Of a DNA stretch of 64,000 bases, positions 50,904-62,950 are shown one piece after another. The position numbers were made by a program, and so were the translations under genes. The stretch covers positions 1,632,001 to 1,696,000 of the forward strand of contig CAVTBU010000005.1 of assembly GCA_963733035.1 (NCBI GenBank), in the 5' to 3' direction. Position 1 is the stretch's first letter. Each line of letters opens with the position of its first letter. The notes beneath the pieces were generated by a model. That model did no database searches. It was not told the DNA's origin and saw nothing but the letters and a program-made list of their open reading frames with translations. The DNA comes from Pirellulales bacterium (GTDB lineage: Bacteria; Planctomycetota; Planctomycetia; Pirellulales; PALSA-1355).

Positions 50904-53900
50904 CTACTTATTCACGACTTCGTCGAGGTTCATCAATTCGTTGGTGAGCATCGTCCAGCCGGCCAGGGTGGCCGGATCGAGCTCGGCGATCGGCTTGGCC
51001 TGGCCAGTCGCGATCAGTTTTTTGGCATCGTCCGGATGCTCGCTGTAAAAGCTCAACAGCGTAGCGAGCGACCCTGTGACGATCGACGATTCTTCAGGTG
51101 CCAGTGGCCGGCAAAGCAACCGCCTGGCAATGAAGTCTACGCGGCTGGCATCGCTATCACCTCCCTCGGTCAAGGCTCGCGCGGCCAGCCGCCGGGCCGC
51201 TTCGACGAATTGCGGGTCGTTCAGCGTGACCAACGCCTGTAGCGGCGTGTTGGTCCGCTCTCGCTGAACCGTGCAGACTTCACGACTGGGGGCATTGAAG
51301 ATTTCCATCGATGCCGGCGGAGCGGCTCGCTTCCAGAACGTGTACATGCTGCGGCGGTAAAGGCTTTCGCCTTCGTCCTGCTTGTAGTTGCGGGTGTTGC
51401 TGCCGATCATCGCCACGGCTTCCCACACACCGTCGGGCTGGTAAGGCCGCACGCTGGGGCCGCCAATTTTGTCGACCAACAGGCCGCTCGCCGCCAGGGC
51501 ATAGTCGCGCACCATTTCGGCGTCCATGCGGAACCTCGGACCACGCGACAACAAATGGTTTTCGCGATCCTTCTCCAGCTTTTCGGGTGTCACCTCGGCC
51601 GATTGTCGATACGTGGCCGATGTCACGATCAGGCGGAATAGCTTCTTCACATCCCAGCCGCCTTCGCGGAACTCCACGGCCAGCCAATCGAGCAACTCCG
51701 GGTGCGTCGGAAGCCGACCCGCGACGCCGAAATCGCCGGCGGTAGCCACCAGGCCCGTGCCGAACACCTCCTGCCAAAAGCGGTTGACCGTAACGCGCGC
51801 TGTGAGCGGATGTTCAGGACTCAAAAGCCACTGGGCCAGGCCAAGCCGGTTGCGGGGTAGCTCGTCGGCGAACTTGGGGAAGGCTGCCGGGGTGTTCGGC
51901 TTTACTTCCTCGCGCCGTTTATCGTATTCACCACGATACAGTACGTAGGCCATCGCCGGCTCGGTCTTTTCCTGCGAAACGTGGGCAATCGTGGCTCGCT
52001 GCTTGATGGCGGCTTCGGTCGCTTCCAAGGCACGCTTCGCGCCGACGAGCTGGCCATATACCGGATCGGCCTTGTCGAGCCACCAGCCATACAACTCCTC
52101 GTTCTCCGCGCTGCTGCGCCCTCGGCCGGCAGACCGACGAGGTACGCGGCCCGGCTCAGGCTGGCCAGCGAAGCGACTTCATCGGCACCCAGCACGCGGG
52201 TATAGATCCGCAGGTCCTGCAGTGCCAAATCATCGAGACGCGCTGGCGTTTCGCTGCGCCAGCTTGAACGGCACTTGCGTGCGGATGGAATGCTTGAGCG
52301 TATCGGCGGCCACTTCCACGTCTTGCTGCGCACCGTCCAAGTAGATCCGCACTCCCTTGGCGCTTCCCTGACCGTCGTACGTGACCGTGACGTAGTGCCA
52401 CTTGCCGGCTTCCAGGGCCTTCTTGCTGATCACCTTCACGGCGTCATCGGGCCATTTGTGAATAATGTGCGTGGCCGGGCGCCCTCGATCGAGCCACAAG
52501 TCCCAGCCACGATGCTCGCTACTCTCGTCCATGCGGGCGACGACTGCTCCCGATAAGTCGGCGCGGGGCACTTTCACCCAGGCACTGCAACTGAAGGCCT
52601 GGTCCTTTTCGAAGTCGCCCACGGCCGGAACGGAGACGTTCGTCTCGGGTCGCGACTTGAACGCCTTTGCACTGATCACTCCGGCGTCGTAGTTGGGCTC
52701 GGAACCCAGCGAAACGTTCTGCACCTCGCCCTGCACGGCCAACGTAAGTTGATTGTTTGAGCACTCACCCAGCGGCGCATGCAACACAAGGCCTGCGTGG
52801 TCGACCTTTGATTTCAGTTCGCCCGGCGTCACCTTGGCCAACCAGGCATTGAAGTCGCCGCGGGCATCGGCACGGCGCGCGTCCACTTTTTGCTGAGCGG
52901 CCGAAAGCTCGCTCGGCAGTGCCTCCCAGGCTTCGCGATCCTTGTCCATGGGAACGACAATGATCGGCGGCGTGTCCTTGATGTTTCCGTCCATGGCTCC
53001 TTGCGTCGTGTTATTGAAGAACGCCGCCATCTCGTAGAATTCCTCCTGCGTGATGGGGTCAAACTTGTGATCGTGGCACACGGCACAACCGGCTGTCATG
53101 CCCAGCCACACCTGCGACATCGTCTCGGTGCGGTCGCGGGTGTAGAGCACCAGATACTCTTCGGGAATCACGCCCCCCTCGTTCGTGGTCATGTTGCAGC
53201 GGTTGAAGCCCGAGGCAATCAATTGATCGAGCGTCCGGTTGGGCAGCAAGTCGCCGGCCAACTGTTCGATCGTGAACTCGTCAAACGGCATGTTGCGATT
53301 AAAGGCATCGATGACCCAATCGCGATACGACCACATCTCGCGGAAGTTGTCGAAGTGGATGCCGTGCGTGTCCGCATACCGGGCCGCGTCCAGCCAATAG
53401 CGGCCGCGATGCTCGCCCCACTTGGACGAACCGAGCAGTTGATCGACATAGCGTTCGTAGGCGTCCGAGGCCGCGTCGTTGACGAATGCCTCGACGTCCG
53501 CCGGCTCGGGAGGCAGGCCGGTCAGGTCGAGACTCAACCTGCGAGCCAGCGTCCGACGGTCCGCCTCGGGCGCCGGAGTCAAACCCGCGGCCTCGAGCTT
53601 CGCCAGCACAAACTCATCAATTGGGTTGCGCGGCCAGGCCTTGTTTTGCACTGGCGGCACGGCCGGCCGCGTGGGCGGGATCAACGACCAGTGCGGCTCG
53701 TACTCGGCTCCCGCGGCGATCCATTTGGCGAGCAGGACCTTCTGCTCGGGCGTCAGTTTCTTGTGGGTTTCCGCCGGCGGCATCTGCATCGACTCGTCGT
53801 CGGAGGTGATCCGTTCGACGAGCGCGCTTTCGGCCGGTTTGCCGGGAACGATGGCGCCCACCTCCACCGCGGCATCGCGCTTGTCGAGCCGCAAGTCGGC

Positions 53901-54062
53901 CTTTCGCGACGCGCTGTCTGGCCCGTGGCAAGCAAAACAATTGTCGGCCAAAATCGGCCGCACCTGGCGGTTGTAGCCGATCGCATCGTCGGCCCGCGAA
54001 GTGGAAATGGAGACGAACCATCCAACGACCAGGGCGACCGTCCAACAGCAGCGCCGTAGCAT
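50904..54062 (-). CDS. Planctomycete cytochrome c/PSCyt2/PSD1 (DUF1549/DUF1553) protein with LamG-like insert (frameshifts near 52240 and 52115)
   Basis: CFACH and CAVCHDHKFDP heme motifs; NPIDEFV, WLDAARYAD, PTHPELLDWLA and TPLQALVTLND. Confidence 0.9.
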
Positions 54063-54496
54063 CTTCGAACCCCCGGGGAAGCTTTGTCAGGTGGGACTCA
54101 ACCGCGCTTGCAGGCGGGTACTTGGCACCGGGCTGAAGGTAGGAAGGTAGGGGGCCGGTTACCATTGCCGCCAATGTTGCATTATAAACGGTTCGCACCA
54201 CGCTGAAAACAATCCTGGGGCAAGACTTTAGGGAAGATTTGCCGGGCGTGCGAGCTCGGGCGCTGACCGAGCGCGAACCGCTCGCGCGGGCGGCGCAGTA
54301 TTTGCTTTTCCGCTCGCTTGTGTGCCGCTGTGCCGCGATTTACAACGTTTTGCATGGTAAACTTGCTCACCCACCGGGCGAGTTGCCGGTCTTTTAGGCA
54401 TTACCGACCGGCTATTGCAACCTGTCGGTGCGCGCATCTGGCGGCATGCGTGTCTCGACCGCGCCCTTTCAGGTACCCTTCGAAAGCCCTGCACCG

Positions 54497-57400
54497 ATGG
54501 CCATCCGCGTCGCCCTCAATCATCGCACCACGTATCGCTACGACCGCCACGTGACGCTGGGACCGCAAGTCGTGCGACTGCGTCCGGCTCCGCACTGCCG
54601 CACGCCGGTGGTGAGCTACTCGCTGAAAGTCAGCCCGCAGAAACATTTTCTCTCTTGGCAACAAGACCCCCACGGCAACTTCCTGGCCCGGCTGGTATTT
54701 CCCGAGAAGACCGACCACTTCGATTTGCAGGTCGACCTGGTGGCCGAGATGACCGTTATCAACCCGTTCGATTTCTTTCTGGAAACGGACGCCAACAAAT
54801 TCCCGTTCCGCTACGCCGAGTGGCTCGACTCGGAACTGGCTACCTATCGCAAATGCCAGACGCCGGGGCCGTTGTTTCAGGAGTTCCTGAATTCGATCCC
54901 GCGGAACTTCGAAGGCACGGTCGATTTCCTGGTCGACTTGAACCGCTACGTGCACGAGCAGATTAGCTACTCGATTCGCATGGAGCCGGGCGTCCAAACT
55001 TGCGAAGAAACTTTGCAGCGGCGAAATGGCTCGTGCCGCGATACCGCCTGGCTGTTGGTGCAAACGCTCCGTCATCTCGGGCTGCCCGCGCGATTCGTGT
55101 CGGGATACCTGATCCAACTCAAACCCGACGTCAAGCCGCTCGATGGTCCAGCCGGCGCCGCCGAGGACTTTACCGACCTGCATGCCTGGAGCGAGGTGTA
55201 TTTGCCCGGCGCCGGTTGGGTTGGGCTCGACCCCACGTCCGGCTTGCTGACCGGCGAAGGCCACCTGCCATTGGCCGCCACGCCCGACCCGGCTTCGGCC
55301 GCGCCGATTACCGGCGGTGTGGAGCCGTGCGAGACCCAGTTCGAGTTTTCCATGTCGCTCCAACGGATTCACGAAGATCCGCGTGTGACCAAACCCTACG
55401 ACAACGCGCAGTGGTCGCGCATTGCCGCGCTCGGTCACGAAGTCGACCGGGCGCTCACGGCGGGCGACGTGCGGCTGACGATGGGGGGCGAACCGACGTT
55501 CGTATCGATCGACGACATGGACGGACCCGAATGGAACATCACGGCGCTTGGCCCCGATAAGCGCCGCCTGGCCGGAAAGCTGTTCACGCGGCTGGCCGAT
55601 CGCTTTGCCGCGGGGCCGCTGCTGCACTACGGACAAGGTAAATGGTATCCGGGCGAATCGCTGCCCCGCTGGGTACTCGGATGTTACTGGCGCAAAGACC
55701 GCGAACCGATTTGGACCGATCCGGGCTGGATCGCCCGCGATGAAGTCCAGTACGGGTTGACCGACATCGACGCGCAGCGGTTTACCCTCGCCCTTGCCGA
55801 GCGGTTGGGCGTAGGGGGCGAGTTTGCGATTCCGGCCTACGAAGACGTGTGGTATTACCTCTGGAAATCGCGTCGACTGCCGGTCAATGTCGACCCGTTG
55901 CAGTCGAATCTGAACGATCCAGAGGAGCGCGAGCGGTTGGCGAAAGTGTTCGAGCAAGGTCTCGAAAAGATCGTTGGCTATGCCCTCCCCCTACGCCCAC
56001 GCGAAGACTGGGCCGGCGTGCCCGCTTGGGAAAGCGGACCTTGGTTTTTGCGGCAGGAGCATATGTTCCTGATTCCGGGCGACTCGCCGATGGGATTCCG
56101 GCTGCCGCTCGATTCGCTGCCCTGGGTCGCCAAACTGGACGTGCCATTGCATTGGCAACGCGATCCGTTCGCCGAGCCGGTCGATCTGCCAAGCTACCAT
56201 CGCCTGGCCACCGAAGGACAATGGCCGCGACACTCGGGCAACGGGGCATCCAGCCATTTGGAACGACAACGGCGTCTGGTGCGTCAAGTTGCCGGCGTCG
56301 GCGGTGGCGGCCACCTGCCCGACGAGCCGGGCGACGAACTTCCAGAGGAAGGCGGCGAAGGTGAAGCTCCACCGCATTGGACTCGCCCCAGCCCGGGCCA
56401 ATCGGCTCGCCACCTGGTACGCACGGCGGTTTGTGTCGAAGCGCGCGGTGGCACGATGCACGTGTTCATGCCGCCGGTCGAAGCTGTCGAGGAATACTTG
56501 CATCTGACCAGCGCCGTCGAACAAACGGCCCGCGCCTTGGCCATGCCGGTGCGCAGTGGAAGGGTATCAGCCGCCGCACGACGAGCGGCTGCAGCACTTC
56601 AAGGTGACGCCCGACCCCGGCGTGATCGAAGTCAACTTGCAGCCGTCGGGTGATTGGCAGGAACTGATTGACAACACCACGACGCTGTATGAAGAAGCCC
56701 GGCAGACGCGGTTGGGGACCGAAAAGTTCATGCTCGACGGACGCCATACTGGCACCGGCGGTGGCAATCACCTGGTGCTCGGCGGGGCGACGCCAGGGCA
56801 TAGTCCGTTCCTGCGGCGACCGGATTTACTTGCCAGCCTGGTCCGCTACTGGAATAACCGGCCGAGTTTGTCGTACCTCTTCTCGGGCCTGTTCATCGGT
56901 CCGACCAGCCAGGCTCCGCGCGTTGACGAGGCGCGACACGAATCGATCTACGAGCTCGAGACGGCTTTCGCCCAATTACCCAAGGACGGTAGCGAGCAGC
57001 CCTGGGTGGTTGACCGCGTGCTGCGCAATCTGCTGGTCGATCTGACCGGCAACACGCACCGCACCGAGTTTTGCATCGACAAATTGTTCTCGCCCGACTC
57101 ATCTGCCGGCCGCTTGGGGCTGGTCGAATTTCGCGGCTTCGAAATGCCACCTCACGCGCAAATGAGCCTTACGCAGCAGTTGCTGCTGCGGGCGATTGTC
57201 GCCTGGCAATGGAAGAAACCGTACACGCAAAAGCTCGTTCGCTGGGGCACTTCGCTGCACGACCGATTCATGCTGCCGCACTTCGTGGCCCAGGATTTCC
57301 AGGAAGTGATCGAAGAGCTCAACGACGCGGGCTTTCCGTTCGAACAGGAATGGTTCGCGCCGCACTTCGAGTTTCGCTTCCCGCTGGTGGGACAAATCAC

Positions 57401-57957
57401 GCACGCGCGGTATCCACGTCGAGCTGCGCCAAGCAATCGAGCCGTGGAACGTGCTGGGCGAGGAACCGGCCGGCGGCGCGACCGTGCGGCACGTTGATTC
57501 GTCGCTCGAACGATTGCAGGTTACCGTCCGCGGCATGACCGACTCACGGCACGTGCTGGCCTGCAACGGCCGACGGGTTCCCTTGCATCCGACCGGCACA
57601 CCCGGCGAATTCGTGGCCGGCGTGCGTTTCCGGGCGTGGCAGCCGCCATCGTGTTTGCATCCCACGATCGGAGTTCACGCGCCCCTGGTATTCGATCTAA
57701 TTGATAGCTGGAATGAGCGCTCGATCGGTGGTTGCACCTGGCACGTGGCCCATCCCGGCGGACTCAGCTTCGAACGATTTCCGGTCAACGCCTACGAGGC
57801 CGAAAGCCGCCGCGTGGCACGCTTCTATCCGTTTGGTCATACCGGTGGCCGGTTGCCCGTTCCGCCAGCCGAAGCCAACCGCGATTTTCCCTTCACGCTC
57901 GATTTGCGGCGACGGGTACAGCTAGCAACGCTCGACGAGGGCGTAACGCCGGGCTGA
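54497..57957 (+). CDS. Transglutaminase-like + DUF2126 (putative amidoligase) fusion protein (frameshifts near 56555 and 57410)
   Basis: [22 protein letters not shown] triad motifs; [38 protein letters not shown] and [11 protein letters not shown]. Confidence 0.9.
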
Positions 57958-58013
57958 TTCGGCAGGAGCGACCCGACGCACGACTCTCGCCGGCACAACC
58001 GTCGGCCGGATGT

Positions 58014-59330
58014 TCAACCGATCTCGAATCCCTTCCGCTGCTGGCGGCTGAGCCAGCCGTTGGCCTCGTCATCGCCGATGAACCGTTCGGCATCGGGGTC
58101 CCAGCGCAGCTTGCGGCCCAGCCGCATTGAGATGTTGGCCAGGTGGCAGACGCTGACTGAGCGATGTTGGCTGTGGACGTCGGAAATGGGCTGCTGGCGC
58201 GAGCGAACGCAATCGAAAAAGTTGCCCATGTGGTTGACGATCGCGTCGAGCTTGCCGCTGCGAGCGGGGCGGTCGAGATTGTCGTGCTCGTACAGCACGT
58301 AGTCCTCGCGCTCGAGCGGCTCGTCCTGGAGCTGGTCGACGGCTACGCCGGCCACCGTGCCTCGATTGGCAAAGATGCGGCCCCCCTCCCCTTCGAACAT
58401 CACGCCGTTGCGACCTTCGTCGAGAATCTCCAGCTCCACGCCATCGGCATAGCGGAACCTGGCGGAGTAATTGACGGCCACGTTGTAGCCGTTCGGTACG
58501 TCCGGAAAGTCCGCCCGCCCGTCGATTTCGACCGGCCCCGAATCCTGCATGCCGGCGCCCCACTGGGCAATGTCGACGTGATGGGCACCCCAGTCGGTCA
58601 TCTGTCCGCCGGAGTACTCGTACCACCAACGGAAGGTGTAGTGCGTTCGCTCGGGGATGTAGGGAACGTCGGGAGTCTGCCCTTGCCAGAGTTCCCAGTT
58701 GAAATGGTTTGGCACCGACGCGGTTGAAAACGGTCCGCCGGTCTTGTTCTTACCGAGCGTGACGCCGACTTTTTGCAGCTTGCCAATGCGCCCTTGACGC
58801 ACCATCTCGCAGGCCAGGCGAAAGTTTGCGTCGCTGCGCTGCCAGGAACCCACCTGCACGACGCGGCCGGTTTCTTCGACCACGCGTGTCATCAGCTTGC
58901 CTTCGTCGATCGTGAGCGTCAGCGGCTTTTCGCAATACACGTCCTTGCCGGCCCGGCAAGCGTCGATGACCATCTGGGTGTGCCAGTGGTCGGGCGTGCC
59001 GATCAGGATCACGTCCAGATCGGGCCGCTCGAGCAGGCGGCGATAATCCTCGTAGAGTTCGGCCTTGCCGCCGAATTGCTCGCGAGCTTTCTCGGCAATC
59101 TCCCGATCGACGTCGGCGATGGCGACCAGGTCGCCTTCGGCTAGTGCTTTTTCCGTAATCACCGAGCCCTGGTAGCGCATGCCGATCGCTCCCAAGCGGA
59201 AGCGGTCGTTCTTCGCACGCGGCCGCGCGCGCTCTTCGGCATCGGCCGTGAACACGTAAGGATTCAGCAATCCCGCGGCCAGCGCGGCACCACTGGTCTG
59301 CAAGAACTGTCGGCGATTCGCTCCGTTCAC
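58014..59330 (-). CDS. Tat-exported Gfo/Idh/MocA oxidoreductase
   Basis: NRRQFL, GTPDHWH, DVYCEKP and DWGAHHVD motifs. Confidence 0.93.
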   Translation of the reverse strand: MNGANRRQFLQTSGAALAAGLLNPYVFTADAEERARPRAKNDRFRLGAIGMRYQGSVITEKALAEGDLVAIADVDREIAEKAREQFGGKAELYEDYRRLLERPDLDVILIGTPDHWHTQMVIDACRAGKDVYCEKPLTLTIDEGKLMTRVVEETGRVVQVGSWQRSDANFRLACEMVRQGRIGKLQKVGVTLGKNKTGGPFSTASVPNHFNWELWQGQTPDVPYIPERTHYTFRWWYEYSGGQMTDWGAHHVDIAQWGAGMQDSGPVEIDGRADFPDVPNGYNVAVNYSARFRYADGVELEILDEGRNGVMFEGEGGRIFANRGTVAGVAVDQLQDEPLEREDYVLYEHDNLDRPARSGKLDAIVNHMGNFFDCVRSRQQPISDVHSQHRSVSVCHLANISMRLGRKLRWDPDAERFIGDDEANGWLSRQQRKGFEIG

Positions 59331-59348
59331 AATTGTTTCTCCTCTCGG

Positions 59349-60498
59349 CTACTCGCGAACCTGCTCGAAGTAGTAGGTGCCCTTCTTGTTCGACGTGACG
59401 ACGTCCAGCAGACCGTCGGCGTTGACGTCGGCCACTTCGAACTGCGTACCCACTCCGCTGTCGTGATCGATTTCGTGCGGCGTCCACACGGGTTTACCGT
59501 CTTGGCGCTGCAGTTCGAACCACATCACCACGGCCGGATCATCGGGCCGGATATCCCCTTTCGGTCCGTGCGCCCAATAACGCTTGCCGGTGACAAAGTC
59601 CATCAGGCCGTCGCCGTTGATGTCGGCCAGATTCAACGAGTGCGTTTGCGTGATCGCGGTCGTGATCTCGTGGGTCTTCCAGCCGTCGGGCGATTGCTCG
59701 TGCCACCAGATGCCTTCGCCGTGTGCGCTGCTCGATAGCACGTCGTTGTCGCCATCGCCGTCGAAGTCGTAGGCATACATCTGCGCAAGGCTGGCCGAAC
59801 TTCACGGGGTGGAATACCCACGGCGAGCCGGACTCCTCGGCCGGGGCTTCCCACCAGCCTTCAACCACCATCACGTCGTCGCGGCCATCGCCGTTGATGT
59901 CGCCCGAGCCAATGCCATGGGAGAATCGATCGGTAGCCGGGGCGTTTTCGGCCGACACGGACACCAGCGGCCACAGCCCTTCCTTCGCGGGCTTGGCAAA
60001 CCCAACATGCTTGCCGGGATCGTAGGCCAGCAGCAGCTCGCGCAGGCCGTCGCCGTCGATGTCGCGATAATCAGGGCTCTCATTGTTCGTGACCGGTGTG
60101 GCGGTATGCCGTTTCCAGGCGCCGTCGGCGGCAGCCGGTTGTTCGAACCACCAGGTTTCCTTGCCCGGAAAGTCGACCACGATCAGGTCGGTGCGGCCGT
60201 CGCCGCTGACGTCGTCGGCAAAGTTCTGAAACGACGTGCTGTAGTTGTGCGGATCGTACTCGGGCGGATTCTCGACCACCGGCACCAGCTTCCAGTCGGG
60301 TGCGGCAAAGTAGACGGGTCCGGCCGAGACGTCGAGCTTGCCGTCGCTGTTGAAGTCCCCAACCGAGACACCTTCGCTGCGGAATTTGGGTTCGAGTTGC
60401 GTGCGCTTAAAGGAAATCCGGGGGCTCTTTTCGGCAGCCGGCAAAAGTGCCGGACTGGCCAGACAGGCCGCCAGCGCAAGACACGTCAATCGTTTCAT
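59349..60498 (-). CDS. FG-GAP/VCBS repeat secreted protein (frameshift near 59785)
   Basis: Repeats GDFNSDGKLD, DIDGDGLRE, GDINGDGRDD, DFDGDGDND and ADINGDGLMD. Confidence 0.88.
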
Positions 60499-60686
60499 GG
60501 CGGGGTTCCCAAGTCGCGGAGGGATGGACAGGTTGTCAGCCTAGTCGACGTGCGGCGGCGACGCAAACCAGTAGCGCGCCGACGGGGCCCTAGGCGGCGA
60601 TGGCGAATGAGCCGCGGGGCAGGGAAGGGCGGTCAACGGGGGCCGGCCGGCAACGCCGAGGGCCGACCAACGAGCTGGCGTCGTCA

Positions 60687-60840
60687 AGCTGGCTGTTGAA
60701 ATATGCCGTCGTGGCAGATTCCAACTTCGCCAAGTGCGCGGCAAAGCCGCATACGGCTCGCAAAACAACGACTTGGGTCGCGGTTTTGAGATCGCATCCA
60801 TGCGATCGACCGGTCCGTCGAAGACTTCAACCGAAAGCTA
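60687..60840. repeat. MITE/REP-like ~150-bp palindromic element
   Basis: Imperfect terminal inverted repeats AGCTGGCTGTTGAA / TTCAACCGAAAGCT; internal hairpins CAAAAC..CGAC-TTGG-GTCG..GTTTTG and GATCGCAT-CC-ATGCGATC. Confidence 0.55.
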
Positions 60841-61593
60841 GAGCATGCTTTCGAGCAACAGCCGCATTTTGCGGAGTTCGGCGATGTGGTCGACCCCTTC
60901 CATCGCGGTGATATGCACGACCAGGGCACGATTGTATTTGACCCGTTCAAGCTGCGAGAGCAGCCGACTGTATTCGATTTCGCCTTGCCCGATGCGGACT
61001 TGCAGTTTGTCTTTGGATGTATCGCGCAGGTGGACGTTGTACACGTACTTCATCACCTGATCGTAATTGCCGCCGGCGTGCGGGCCGTAAATGTAGTGGC
61101 TGGGATCGAGCGTCAGGCCGAGCCCTTTCACGTTGTCGCACAACACGACGGCCGTGTCGGGATCCTGCGTGATCTTGCCGGTTTCAGTTTTGATGCTGAC
61201 CAGCACGCCCTCGCGCGAGGCGATGCCGACCAGCCGTTGCAGCCGCTCGATCTCGGCATTGAACGGCGTGCCGATCTCCGCGGCCGGCGCCGTGAGCGAA
61301 ACGACCTTGGTCGCCTTGGCCAGCCGGCAACAGGCGGCGAACTGGTCGTAGTATTCCTCCCCCTCGGCGTCGATGTCGATGCTGTAGCCGCTGATTGTCA
61401 GCCGATACGTTTCGCGGCAGGCGGCAATGACGCTGTCCAGATCCTTCATCAAATCCGACGGCTTGATCTGACCTCCGCGCTCGTGGATCGCAATCTCGAT
61501 GTTGGAGTATTCCAAGTCGACGAAGCGCTGGAGCACTCCATCAAGCGATAACTCCGGAAAACACTCGCTCGAAGCGGCAACAAACACTCGCAA
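60838..61593 (-). CDS. Sugar phosphate isomerase/epimerase family TIM-barrel protein
   Basis: LTLDPSHY, VHLRDT and IGQGEIEY motifs. Confidence 0.82.
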   Translation of the reverse strand: MRVFVAASSECFPELSLDGVLQRFVDLEYSNIEIAIHERGGQIKPSDLMKDLDSVIAACRETYRLTISGYSIDIDAEGEEYYDQFAACCRLAKATKVVSLTAPAAEIGTPFNAEIERLQRLVGIASREGVLVSIKTETGKITQDPDTAVVLCDNVKGLGLTLDPSHYIYGPHAGGNYDQVMKYVYNVHLRDTSKDKLQVRIGQGEIEYSRLLSQLERVKYNRALVVHITAMEGVDHIAELRKMRLLLESML

Positions 61594-61843
61594 TTCCTCC
61601 TTGCAGCGGTACGGCTGGGCAACTGGCGGCTTAGCTTACCGGGTACGACCGAGTTTTGGCAACACCGCGCGAGCCGTCGCGTGCGACTTTGCGTCGCGCT
61701 TCTCAACCCGCGACCGATCTATCGGGCTTGAAACACCGCCCTATAATGAGATGGCTTCCGCGCGACGGCGCGGCAGTCAAATCGTCGTCTTGCCCGCTCT
61801 GCTATCACGTTGGCACGCTGCTCCATTCTTTCGAGGTGGTCTT

Positions 61844-62917
61844 ATGGAACCCGAACAATCATCCCCGCGTACCCCCCCGCCGCCACCGTATCTCGATCCT
61901 CGCACGCCGCTGCGCGTCATCATCGAGCCGCCCCGCGGGAGCTGGCTCGTCCGTGGCGCCCGCTGGATCATCACGATCGGCCTGGTCCTGTTCGTCATCG
62001 GCCTGCTGTACGGCGAGTCGTCCGACAAACTGAACGAGGAGTGGCATTCGCTGAGCAAGTCCTCTGATAATAAGGTCGCGATCATTCGCGTCGAGGGCAC
62101 GATCATGGGCGACGAGGGGTACGTCAAGGACCAAATCGAACAGGTGCGCGAGGACGATGACGTGAAGGCGATCGTCCTGCGCGTCGATTCGCCCGGCGGC
62201 ACGGTCACCGGCAGCGACTACATCTACCATCACCTCAAGAAACTGGTTGATGACAAGCAGGTTCCGCTGGTCGTGAGCATGGGCGGCGTTGCCGCCAGCG
62301 GCGGCTATTATGTGGCCATGGCCGCTGGCGACACGAAGGACACGATCTTTGCCGAACCCACCACCTGGACCGGTTCGATCGGTGTGATCATTCCTCACTA
62401 CAACATCGCCAAGTTGCTCGAAAGCTGGGATATTCAGGACGACTCGATCGCCAGCAATCCACTCAAGATGATGGGCAGCCCCACCCGCGACTTCCCCGAG
62501 CCGATTCGGGCGGAGGAGCAAAAGATTCTGGAAGGGCTCGTGCAATCGAGCTTTGCGGACTTCAAGGAAATCGTGCTGGCGAGCCGCTCGGCACTGCGCG
62601 ACGATCAGGCCAAGCAGGACGTCGTGTTCACCGGTCGGATCTTCACGGCCAAACAGGCCAAGGAAAATCTGCTGGTCGATCGGCTCGGATTCATCGAAGA
62701 CGCGATCGATCGTGCCTTGGAAATGGCAAACCTTGACCGCAAAAATGCACAGGTGGTCAAGTACAAGAAACCGGTCGGCGCCCTCGACCAGTTGTTGTTT
62801 GGCTCACGTAGTCAAGCTAGGCAAATCGACATCGCGAGTTTGGCCGACCTAACCGTTCCGCGGGCATACTACATCTGTACCTGGCTCCCGGCGCTGTCGG
62901 GTCTTGCGAGGCCATAG
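61844..62917 (+). CDS. sppA: Signal peptide peptidase SppA (36K type)
   Basis: LRVDSPGG, AASGGYY, TGSIGVI and GRIFTA motifs; N-terminal TM. Start placed at MEPEQ. Confidence 0.93.
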   Translation: MEPEQSSPRTPPPPPYLDPRTPLRVIIEPPRGSWLVRGARWIITIGLVLFVIGLLYGESSDKLNEEWHSLSKSSDNKVAIIRVEGTIMGDEGYVKDQIEQVREDDDVKAIVLRVDSPGGTVTGSDYIYHHLKKLVDDKQVPLVVSMGGVAASGGYYVAMAAGDTKDTIFAEPTTWTGSIGVIIPHYNIAKLLESWDIQDDSIASNPLKMMGSPTRDFPEPIRAEEQKILEGLVQSSFADFKEIVLASRSALRDDQAKQDVVFTGRIFTAKQAKENLLVDRLGFIEDAIDRALEMANLDRKNAQVVKYKKPVGALDQLLFGSRSQARQIDIASLADLTVPRAYYICTWLPALSGLARP

Positions 62918-62950
62918 GACAGCTAACAGCAAAATGATGATGCCAATGCA

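Noticed and set aside
14125..60498. Programmed frameshifting or phase variation as a system
   Set aside because: Breaks hit unrelated genes without shared slippery sites or long simple repeats; assembly error is more parsimonious.
61499..61843. N-terminal extension of SppA
   Set aside because: Overlaps the divergent isomerase gene; ATG 61844 has a GAGGTG Shine-Dalgarno-like site and gives a typical SppA length.
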